Shown piece after piece: positions 27,540-35,426 of a DNA stretch of 48,664 nucleotides (position 1 is its first letter; each line of letters starts with the position of its first letter). Source of the stretch: an uncultured Gammaproteobacteria bacterium (GTDB taxonomy: Bacteria > Patescibacteriota > Patescibacteriia > UBA1558 > S5-K13); NCBI GenBank assembly GCA_964639335.1, contig CAZXCJ010000002.1, positions 1-48,664 on the forward strand. The letters run 5' to 3'. Both the position numbers and the translations under genes were made by a program. Below the pieces are notes generated by a model. It did no database searches. It was given only the letters and a program-made list of their open reading frames with translations, and had not been told where the DNA came from.

Positions 27540-29306
27540 TTACTCTTTAATATAAGTAATAATTTCTTGTCCTTCTTTTAGGCCAGATAAAATTTCTACC
27601 AGACCCTCATCACCATATATACCAGTTATTACATTAATTTCTTTGACTTGATCATTTTCTAAAACTCGGACAATTTTACCTTGGCCATTTTTTTCTACTA
27701 TTGCTCGGGCAGGAACTACTAAGATATCTTTTTTTTCGGCAGTAATAATTGTGGCATTAGCAGTCATTCCTGGTTTAATTTCTTGCTCTAAATTTTCGGG
27801 AGTATCAAATTTAATTTTAGTTTTATAATAAGTAACATCTTGGATAATAGTTTCTGCCGGCTCAATGTCATAAACCTGGCCATAAAGTTTTAAATCATCT
27901 CCAAAAGCATCCAGAGTTATTTCTACTTGATCATTTTTTGATATTTTATTGATATCTGTTTCAGAGATGTCTATTTCCACTTCTAATTGATTATCAGTTA
28001 ATAAATGTATAATAGACACATTCATGCCTACTTGTTCTCCTGGGTCATATTTAATTTTAGTAATAGTTCCGTTTATTGGCGCTTCAATAATGCTATTTTG
28101 AATTTGATTTTTAACAGAATCAAGAGAGGCCTGGGCTTGTCTTACTTGGGCTTGATAGAGGAGAGTGTCTTGATATGCTGGCGGAGCTTTTAATTTTTCT
28201 AGTTCGGCTTCTGCCACTTTTAATAATTCTAAATTAGTGTCTACCTTGGCTTCATAAGTAGTTATTTGCTGTTCTCCAGATACTATGGCCGTATTTAAGG
28301 CATTGCTTTTAGAAAGAATGGCGTCATTTAAATCTTGTTTGTCTACTTGAACATAAGATATGGCTGTGCTAATGGTAGTAATTTGAGTGCTGATGGTTGT
28401 TTTATATGCATCTAATTCTGTTTGAGTAAAAGAAGAGGAGGTTATGGTATTTTCCAACATATCATAGGAATAATTAAGAGTAGTAAAAACTTGAGTTAAA
28501 AAATCAAGGCAATTATCTAAAGCATCATTGATATTATCCTCGGTATTATTTATTTTGGCATTATTTAAACTTTCATCAAGGCCGTATATTAGATTTAAAG
28601 CGGTTTGTAAAGAGTTTTTTGTATTAGTTAAAGTTGATGTTTGTCGAGCTCCTAATAGATTTTCTGCCTCACTATCATCTAAGATGGTATTAATATTATC
28701 CAAAGCCGTTTCCCCTTTGATTGAATTTGTTTCTATACTTAAAATGGCATCTAATTTTTTATTATTTATTTCCGATTCTTTGTTTTTTTCGGCCTGTGAT
28801 ATATTTTCTTGAGCTGTATTGCGTATAGTTTCTAATTCTGTAATTGATGTTAAATATGCAGTACGAGCTCTATTAACATTTGCATTACTGACAGCAATTT
28901 CATAAGTAGTTGCTCCGGCAATGAGCTTATTTAATTTAGCTTGGGTTATCTCTAAATTTGCCTGATATTCCTGTTTTTTAATTAATAAGTCCTGATAGTT
29001 TAATTTAGCTAAAATTTGAGTACTACTAACTTGTTCTCCAATTTCAACTAATATTTCTGATATTTTTCCAGAATTTGAAAAGCTAAGCTCAAGTTCATTA
29101 ACAGATTTAACGGTCCCGGTTTCGCTAACTGTTTGAATTAAATTTTTTCTTTCCACTTGAGCAAAAGTATATTCAGCATTACTTTTTTTGGATATAGCAA
29201 AATATATTACTAGAACTACTAATATAATAGAGAGGACTATAATTATTATTTTTTTAAGTTTTTTCTTCGGCTTTTTAATTTTTTTATCTAAAATTTCTTC
29301 AGACAT
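27540..29306 (-). CDS. Periplasmic adaptor / membrane-fusion protein (HlyD/MacA family) with an extended coiled coil
   Basis: N-terminal TM helix, a lipoyl-like segment (GTVKSVNELELSFSNSGKISEILVEIGEQV), a very long helical hairpin, and a beta-barrel ending GMTANATIITAEKKDILVVPARAI. Confidence 0.85.
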   Translation of the reverse strand: MSEEILDKKIKKPKKKLKKIIIIVLSIILVVLVIYFAISKKSNAEYTFAQVERKNLIQTVSETGTVKSVNELELSFSNSGKISEILVEIGEQVSSTQILAKLNYQDLLIKKQEYQANLEITQAKLNKLIAGATTYEIAVSNANVNRARTAYLTSITELETIRNTAQENISQAEKNKESEINNKKLDAILSIETNSIKGETALDNINTILDDSEAENLLGARQTSTLTNTKNSLQTALNLIYGLDESLNNAKINNTEDNINDALDNCLDFLTQVFTTLNYSYDMLENTITSSSFTQTELDAYKTTISTQITTISTAISYVQVDKQDLNDAILSKSNALNTAIVSGEQQITTYEAKVDTNLELLKVAEAELEKLKAPPAYQDTLLYQAQVRQAQASLDSVKNQIQNSIIEAPINGTITKIKYDPGEQVGMNVSIIHLLTDNQLEVEIDISETDINKISKNDQVEITLDAFGDDLKLYGQVYDIEPAETIIQDVTYYKTKIKFDTPENLEQEIKPGMTANATIITAEKKDILVVPARAIVEKNGQGKIVRVLENDQVKEINVITGIYGDEGLVEILSGLKEGQEIITYIKE

Positions 29307-29430
29307 ATATTTTTTATTATTTTTTTAAAAAATTAAGATTCATTAACTCTTAAATAATTGTATCAAAGTATTATATGTTTGGGAAATTTTTCACCCTGAG
29401 GGTTGACCACCCTTAGGGTCGATTTAAAAT

Positions 29431-29802
29431 CTATTCATCATTTATTGTTTTAATATCATCTTCTATTTTCATACATACGCCTGCAATATTTTCCAAAATT
29501 TCATTATTTAAAAATCTAATTACTTTAATATTTAAAGAATTAAAATATTGAGTTCTCTTTTTGTCATATACTATGCTTTTTTGCTCTAAGTGTTGACTAC
29601 CGTCTAATTCAATAACTAATTTTAATTCTGGACAGTAGAAATCTACAATATATGGTCCAATACCGTGTTGTCGTCTAAATTTGTAATTAGTAAAATCTTT
29701 ACCTTTTAATATGCACCAAAGTTTAATTTCTGCTAAAGTCATGTTATGACGAAGTTTTTTACGGGTAGTTTTATATTTTTTTAAGTTATGTACTGTTCTC
29801 AT
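29431..29802 (-). CDS. DUF559 endonuclease-like protein (Vsr/restriction-endonuclease-like fold)
   Basis: LRHNMTLAEIKLWCILKG...YKFRRQHGIGPYIVDFYCPELKLVIELDGSQH is shared with the ORFs at 34131 and 41885. Confidence 0.85.
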   Translation of the reverse strand: MRTVHNLKKYKTTRKKLRHNMTLAEIKLWCILKGKDFTNYKFRRQHGIGPYIVDFYCPELKLVIELDGSQHLEQKSIVYDKKRTQYFNSLNIKVIRFLNNEILENIAGVCMKIEDDIKTINDE

Positions 29803-30158
29803 ACTTTTTCAACACCTCCCCTGTCTCCCCTCCTCAGCTGAGGAGGGGAAGTAAAGGGGTGGTGATGTTTATGCTTATTTATAATAAGGGAAGTAAGTAA
29901 ATAAAAACCAAGCCATCCCTTCCTTGCTGAGGAGGGAAAGTAAAGGGGTGGTGGATTTTTTCTTTTTTTATTTTTACCCCCTTATATATAAATAAAGGGG
30001 TAAAAAAAAGATCGCTTTTGCGACCCATCTATCTAAATATTAAATTAAATAAATAAAATTGTCAAATCAAAAAATCGACCCTCAGGGTCGCCCTACATTG
30101 ATATAAAAATGTATATGTTATATTATATATATAGATAATTAATAACAATATTATGTTC

Positions 30159-30259
30159 ACCCCGTTAGAAATTTAGGTTTTAGCGGGAATACAAAATTAA
30201 ATTAAATATAAATATGGACAAGAAAAATAACACAATCAATAAGGGCTTTCTAACGGGGT
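30159..30259. mobile_element. 101-bp MITE-like element with 13-bp perfect terminal inverted repeats ACCCCGTTAGAAA, enclosing the start codon of the DGR target gene
   Basis: Arms lie at 30159-30171 and 30247-30259. The interior shares atacaaaattaaattaa with the ligA-proximal copy. The ATG at 30214 lies inside the element, and the right arm encodes FLTGF. Confidence 0.65.
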
Positions 30260-33200
30260 TTAAAAATAAAAAATTAATTGTATTTTTAGCGGTAATTGTT
30301 GTTTTAATTATTGGTTTTGCAATTGTAAGCGCTACCGGTGGTTTTGGATTTTTTGGTGTTTCAGCTCCAAGTTCAGGTGGTGGATTAGTGGGGTATTGGA
30401 GCTTAGCGGAGTCAGACCTCTACGATACAGATATATTTCAAGACCTTAGCGGTAATGGAAACAATGGAACTTCTGCTAATACTCCTGTTTATGTATCTGA
30501 CCAAGCAGGTGTTCCTAATCAAGCAATGACTTTTAATGGAACTACTGATGCAGTTAATTGTGGAAGTGGAACTACTATTGATGACATTTTTGATTCTGGT
30601 GGAACTGCGAGTGCTTGGATAAATCCGAGTAGTGATGGGGAAGGAGGTTATGGAAAGATATTCAGCAAATGGACTGGTTTTTCTTTTGATACCAGAGAAG
30701 AATCTGGGGGAGATGTAAAAATTAGTTTTAATTATGATTTTGATGGTGCATCAGATGGTCGTTGGGCAACTGCAACAGCAATAATTCCTATAAATACTTG
30801 GACACATATAGCAGTTAATTATGATTCTGATGCAGCTGCTAATAATCCTACTTTTTACATAAATGGTGTTCCTTATACTGTTGCAAGTGGATTAACAGAA
30901 GCACAGACTCCCATAGGGACAAGAGTTTCAGATGCTGGAGCAACTTTATATTTAGGTAATAATGCTGCTACTGTTTTTACCTTTGACGGCTCTATCTCTG
31001 ACGTTATGCTATTCTCTTCAACCCTCACAGAAGACCAAGTTAGACAACTTTATTTATCTGGTAGGACTACTGCGAGAATAAAAGTGGATGCGAGGGAGTT
31101 GATTACTAATGGTGATTTCGCTACTGATAGCGATTGGGATAAAGCTAATGGAGCAACAATAGCTGGTGGTGTAGGTATATTAGATAACACAAATGCATCA
31201 TCTTTGTCTCAAACAGGCATAATAGTTGTTGGAAAAAAATATTTATTAAACTATGAAGTAGTATCAACAGATTTGTCTGGTGGAACATTTAGGATAAGTG
31301 GAATGGAAACGACAGCACTTACAAATGCTGTTGGAAAATATAATAGGGTTATTACTGCTACTGGGACATATTTACGATTTATTGCTTTTGATAATACTTC
31401 TGGAACTTTGGAATTAGATAACATTTCAATAGTAGATATAACAAACGCTATTACTCCTAAACTCCAAAAAGGTTTAATACTTGATATGCCTTTGAATAGT
31501 AGATATACAGAAGCAGGAAGTGGACTTATAACTGGTGATGATTCAACATTTGATAGTGATACTGGAAATTGGACTAAAGGAACTGGATGGACTATTGGAG
31601 GTAATGTTGCTTCTTGTAGTGGAGCTCAAAGTGCTTATAGTAATTTATTATATGCTGATATTTTAACATTAGGACATAGATATTATATAACGGCAGATAT
31701 CACAAGAACAGCTGGAACTATGTATGTTAAAGCTGGTACTAGTGGTAATTACGAAACAATAACTTCTAATCAAAGTATAGCATTTATTTCTACTGCTACT
31801 GGTAATGATGATTTATATTTTCAAGCAAATGCAGATTTTATTGGAACTGTTGATAACATAATAGTAAAAGAACTTGACGGCATAACTAAAGACCGAACCC
31901 CACAAGGAAATGATGGAACAGTAAGTGGAGCTACAATTAAATATGATGGGTTAGTAAATGCTGGTGCTGGTATTGCTTATATAAATCAAGACAAGGCTTA
32001 TGGCACTTTTGAATTTTCGGTTAATAAAGGAGCTGATGGAAATTTACATTATACTGAATTTATTGCAGATTCAAATGATAAAAGTGGAGATGGTTATTTT
32101 TTTTATGTATCTAATACTGAAGCAGTTAGATTGTATAGAAGGGATGATGGTTCAGGTACGATAATAATGTCGTCTGCAGATTCTTATGTAACAATAAACA
32201 CTGATTATCGTATTAAAATAACTCGTTCTCTCGCTGGTGTATTTACTGTTTACATCAAAGGTGGTGCTTTTGGTTGGGATGATTGGACAACTGTTGTGGC
32301 TGATAGCGGTTCTAATCCTGTTACAGATAACACTTATACAACTTCAAATTACTTAGTAGCAGACCTTGATAGTGGCGACACAATTTCTAATCTCAAAATA
32401 GATAGTAAAAGAATAAGTCTAGCAGGTGCAGTTCAAAGCACAGGGACTTGGACATTAACAGGAGACGCTTATGATTTTGATGGAACAGATGATTACATCT
32501 CAATAACTGACACAGATGATTTAAGTTTTGGAGATGGGACAGATGATAATCCTTTTTCAATAAGTAGCTGGGTTTATATAGACGATGCTACTAATTTTAA
32601 TATAATAAGCAAGGGGATTTATAATACCGACGGGGAATGGAGATTTTATTCAGGAGCAGATGATAAAGTATATTTTCAGTTTTATGATGAAAGTGTTGCT
32701 GATACTTATGTAGGCAGAATGTTTAATACCGCTTTAACTGAAGGAGAATGGGTTTCTTTAATCGCAACTTATAGCGGAGACAGCACTAGTGATAGTAATT
32801 CATTTTTTCAAGATGGAATTAAAATTTATTTAAATGGCAATAGAGCAGACAATACTGACGTTGAATCAGGAGCTTATGTGGCAATGGAAAATCTTGACCA
32901 TAATGTATGGCTGGGGAGATATAATACAGATTATGCTAATGGTCAAATAAGAGATATTAAAGTTTATAATAGAGTATTAAATAGTGGAGAAATTCAGTCA
33001 TTGTCAGAAAATTACACAGATTGTCCGTCAGATATGGTATGGGTAGATTATGCTTGGACTTGGCAATCAACTACTTGGAGTAATAGGGGCGGATTTTGTA
33101 TTGATAAATACGAAGCTTCAAATGGCGGAGGAGCTTATTATGTTGATATAAATGGCGACGGTGATATTCTTGATACAGCGGTTGATGTTTATGGCGATGG

Positions 33201-33852
33201 CACTACTTTTAATGAGACCACAGCAACCGCAAAAGCAGTTTCAGAATATAATGCTAATCCTTGGATTTCTATCAATCAAGTAAACGCCAAGGCAGCTTGT
33301 TTAGCCGCGGGCAAGCGTTTAGCCACAAATTATGAATGGCTTTTAGCTTCAAAAGGAACGCCCGATCCGCATACTTCAGTTCCTGCCACAGGCACAGAGT
33401 CCTGCCAAATATGGAATACTGGTGCTTGGCCTGATTATTCAGGGAAGAAACCAGATGGTTCTACTTGGACAGATAGTCCAGCAGGAACAAATTCTATAAA
33501 GACAGGCACTGCTGTTAATTGCGTTTCAGATGCAGGAGCTTATGATTTAATCGGCAATGTTTGGGAATGGACTGATAATGTAATCAATGGAGGGCTTCAT
33601 CCTGTTACTGGTGCTGCTTTGCCTGCTCAGAGTTATATCACTGGTTTAGATGTTTATGGTATCCCAAGTTCTACTGGTTCAGCTACCACTAATTATAATT
33701 ATGACCATTTTTGGATTAACGCCGTTGGTTATCGTGGCTTCATCCGTGGCGGCATTTGGGATCTTGGTTCGGCTGCCGGCCTCTTTGCCCTGCACCTCAA
33801 CTACGCTCCGTCCATTACGAGCTTCACCCTTGGCTTTCGCTGCGTCCGCTGA
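30214..33852 (+). CDS. DGR target protein: membrane-anchored, multi-LamG/lectin-like protein with a C-terminal FGE-sulfatase/C-type-lectin-fold variable domain
   Basis: 1212 aa with an N-terminal TM helix. LamG-like modules are present (MTFNGTTDAVNCGS...WTHIAVNYD...LYLGNN...FDGSISDVMLF; FDGTDDYISI...WVSLIATYSG...VWLGRY...IRDIKVYNRVL). The C-terminal CLec fold shows FCIDKYEAS, RLATNYEWLLASKG, YDLIGNVWEWTDN and RGG.W....GFRCVR. The last 118 nt are the VR. Confidence 0.9.
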   Translation: MDKKNNTINKGFLTGFKNKKLIVFLAVIVVLIIGFAIVSATGGFGFFGVSAPSSGGGLVGYWSLAESDLYDTDIFQDLSGNGNNGTSANTPVYVSDQAGVPNQAMTFNGTTDAVNCGSGTTIDDIFDSGGTASAWINPSSDGEGGYGKIFSKWTGFSFDTREESGGDVKISFNYDFDGASDGRWATATAIIPINTWTHIAVNYDSDAAANNPTFYINGVPYTVASGLTEAQTPIGTRVSDAGATLYLGNNAATVFTFDGSISDVMLFSSTLTEDQVRQLYLSGRTTARIKVDARELITNGDFATDSDWDKANGATIAGGVGILDNTNASSLSQTGIIVVGKKYLLNYEVVSTDLSGGTFRISGMETTALTNAVGKYNRVITATGTYLRFIAFDNTSGTLELDNISIVDITNAITPKLQKGLILDMPLNSRYTEAGSGLITGDDSTFDSDTGNWTKGTGWTIGGNVASCSGAQSAYSNLLYADILTLGHRYYITADITRTAGTMYVKAGTSGNYETITSNQSIAFISTATGNDDLYFQANADFIGTVDNIIVKELDGITKDRTPQGNDGTVSGATIKYDGLVNAGAGIAYINQDKAYGTFEFSVNKGADGNLHYTEFIADSNDKSGDGYFFYVSNTEAVRLYRRDDGSGTIIMSSADSYVTINTDYRIKITRSLAGVFTVYIKGGAFGWDDWTTVVADSGSNPVTDNTYTTSNYLVADLDSGDTISNLKIDSKRISLAGAVQSTGTWTLTGDAYDFDGTDDYISITDTDDLSFGDGTDDNPFSISSWVYIDDATNFNIISKGIYNTDGEWRFYSGADDKVYFQFYDESVADTYVGRMFNTALTEGEWVSLIATYSGDSTSDSNSFFQDGIKIYLNGNRADNTDVESGAYVAMENLDHNVWLGRYNTDYANGQIRDIKVYNRVLNSGEIQSLSENYTDCPSDMVWVDYAWTWQSTTWSNRGGFCIDKYEASNGGGAYYVDINGDGDILDTAVDVYGDGTTFNETTATAKAVSEYNANPWISINQVNAKAACLAAGKRLATNYEWLLASKGTPDPHTSVPATGTESCQIWNTGAWPDYSGKKPDGSTWTDSPAGTNSIKTGTAVNCVSDAGAYDLIGNVWEWTDNVINGGLHPVTGAALPAQSYITGLDVYGIPSSTGSATTNYNYDHFWINAVGYRGFIRGGIWDLGSAAGLFALHLNYAPSITSFTLGFRCVR
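33733..33850 (+). other. DGR variable repeat (VR)
   Basis: Ungapped 118-nt match to 35110-35227. There are 14 mismatches, all at TR adenines, and it ends at the stop codon. Confidence 0.92.
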
Positions 33853-33895
33853 ACCCCGTGAGATAGAGCTCGCAGAGCTCGCTATCTCACGGGGT
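33853..33895 (+). promoter_or_regulatory. Strong hairpin immediately 3' of VR (candidate DGR target-recognition cruciform)
   Basis: accccgtgagatag / ctatctcacggggt form a 14-bp stem, with an inner 6-bp GAGCTC stem and a 3-nt loop. It starts 1 nt after the stop and is followed by GTGAAGGGG. Confidence 0.7.
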
Positions 33896-33960
33896 GAAGG
33901 GGTTTAAGATTTTAATCTATAATCTAAAAATCTGATATTTAAATTACCTCACCCCAATTC

Positions 33961-34110
33961 GCCTCACCCCAAACCCCTCTCCATTTTTTTAAGAAAAATA
34001 GAGAGGGGCACAGGCAAAATGTCGTTATAAAATATTTAGTACATTAATTAATATTCGAGTAAGCGCCTTTCTCCTTCAGGGTCGAGGGAGAAGGGATGGG
34101 GATGAGGGAG
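33961..34110. repeat. About 150-bp two-hairpin repeat element, copy A (upstream flank of DUF559)
   Basis: gcctcaccccaaacccctctccatttttttaagaaaaatagagaggggca ... ctccttcagggtcgagggagaagggatggggatgagggag. Homologous to 34481-34640. Confidence 0.7.
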
Positions 34111-34130
34111 TCCATAGGATAAAAATATTT

Positions 34131-34481
34131 ATGACCAAAAAAGAAAAAATATATATTGCTAGAAAATTTAGAAAAAATCAAACTACAACCGAACAAATAA
34201 TTTGGGAAAAATTAAGAAATAGGCAATTAATGAATTTAAAATTCAGAAGACAATATTTAATAGAAGGATATATAGTTGATTTCTATTGTCCAAAGTTGAA
34301 ATTAACTATAGAAATAGATGGACCGATTCATTCAAGACAGGTTAAAGAAGACAAACAAAGACAAAAAGACATAGAAGAAAAAGGAATAAGATTTATTAGA
34401 TTTAAAAATAAGGATGTGCGATATAATCTTAAAGAAGTATTAAAAAAATTAAGAGTGTTTATTAAAAAAATAAGTAAATAG
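34131..34481 (+). CDS. DUF559 endonuclease-like protein inserted between the DGR VR and avd
   Basis: RKNQTTTEQIIWEKLRNRQLMNLKFRRQYLIEGYIVDFYCPKLKLTIEIDGPIHS. Confidence 0.85.
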   Translation: MTKKEKIYIARKFRKNQTTTEQIIWEKLRNRQLMNLKFRRQYLIEGYIVDFYCPKLKLTIEIDGPIHSRQVKEDKQRQKDIEEKGIRFIRFKNKDVRYNLKEVLKKLRVFIKKISK

Positions 34482-34640
34482 CCTCACCCCAAACCCCTCT
34501 CCATTTTTTTGAGAAAAATAGAGAGGGGCACATACCTAATCTGTTTATTACTGTTTGTAAATATTTATGTGTAATTAATGGATATACAAGTAAACGCCCC
34601 TCTCCTTCAGAGTTGAAGGAGAGGGGGTTGGGGGTGAGGC
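34481..34640. repeat. 160-bp two-hairpin repeat element, copy B, with about 22-bp terminal inverted repeats
   Basis: Starts gcctcaccccaaacccctctcc and ends ggagagggggttgggggtgaggc. Internal hairpins are cccctctcc-att..-agagagggg and cccctctccttca-gag-ttgaaggagagggg. Its first base is the last base of the DUF559 stop codon. Confidence 0.75.
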
Positions 34641-34681
34641 AGAGATTAACAGTGCGTGAAATTACAAAATAACATTTATGC

Positions 34682-35029
34682 GTGAAAAATATGCTCTATG
34701 ATTTAACAATTTTCCAAAAAGCTTATGATTTTCTGTTATGGATAAAGCCGACAGTTCAAAGATTTACTAAAGTTCATAAATATAGTTTGGGGATTGAATT
34801 AGAAAAAGAAACAATAGAGCTTTTAAAACAGATTGTAAGAACCAATTTTAAAAAGGATGATAGAAAAAAGGACATAGAAGAGTGTTTTGTTCATTACGAA
34901 ATAATTAAGATTTTAATTAGAGTATCCAAAGATTACCATCTTTTGAATTTAAAGCAGTACGAGTTTGCCTCTCAAAAATTAGACGAGATAGGTAAATTAC
35001 TTGGTGGTTGGTATAAAAAATTTTCATAG
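34682..35029 (+). CDS. avd: DGR accessory variability determinant (Avd-like four-helix bundle)
   Basis: About 112 aa and basic. KAYDFLLWIKPTVQRFTKVHKYSLGIELEKETIELL...LGGWYKKF fits the Avd / 23S-IVS family, and it is positioned immediately 5' of TR. The likely start is the ATG at 34691. Confidence 0.8.
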   Translation: MKNMLYDLTIFQKAYDFLLWIKPTVQRFTKVHKYSLGIELEKETIELLKQIVRTNFKKDDRKKDIEECFVHYEIIKILIRVSKDYHLLNLKQYEFASQKLDEIGKLLGGWYKKFS

Positions 35030-35050
35030 CTATCTATTTTATTTAGATAG

Positions 35051-35082
35051 ACCCCATTAGATAATTTCATATCTAACGGGGT
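35051..35082 (+). promoter_or_regulatory. Hairpin 28 nt upstream of TR, related to the post-VR hairpin
   Basis: accccattagat / atctaacggggt form an 11/12-bp stem with an 8-nt loop, followed by GTGAAGGGA. The post-VR hairpin is followed by GTGAAGGGG. Confidence 0.65.
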
Positions 35083-35109
35083 GAAGGGATTAAATCAATA
35101 AGTGGCACG

Positions 35110-35227
35110 CGTGGCTTCATCCGTGGCGGCAATTGGAATAATGGTTCGAATGCCGGCCTCTTTGCCCTGAACCTCAACAACGCTCCGTCCAATACGAACA
35201 ACAACATTGGCTTTCGCTGCGTCCGCT
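35110..35227 (+). other. DGR template repeat (TR)
   Basis: Intergenic 118 nt rich in AAY codons. In the VR frame it reads RGFIRGGNWNNGSNAGLFALNLNNAPSNTNNNIGFRCVR. Confidence 0.92.
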
Positions 35228-35426
35228 TCAGTGGTTATTATAATAAACTTGCTAGAATTTCTATTCTTTATGTAGATAGAGAGAGAGCACTATAAACCCC
35301 AGATTTTATTCCTTTTTTCTGTTTTAGAATTGCAGGGGAAAAATATTAAGGCTTTTGGGATTGGCTTGTATTAGTAATTTTTTTGAGTGAAAATTCAGGT
35401 CAATCCGCCGAGTCTTTAAAATTAAA

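Noticed and set aside
33650-33907. 85-aa ORF overlapping the VR in another frame
   Set aside because: It is an out-of-frame overlap with the strongly supported 1212-aa DGR target gene and runs into the post-VR hairpin.
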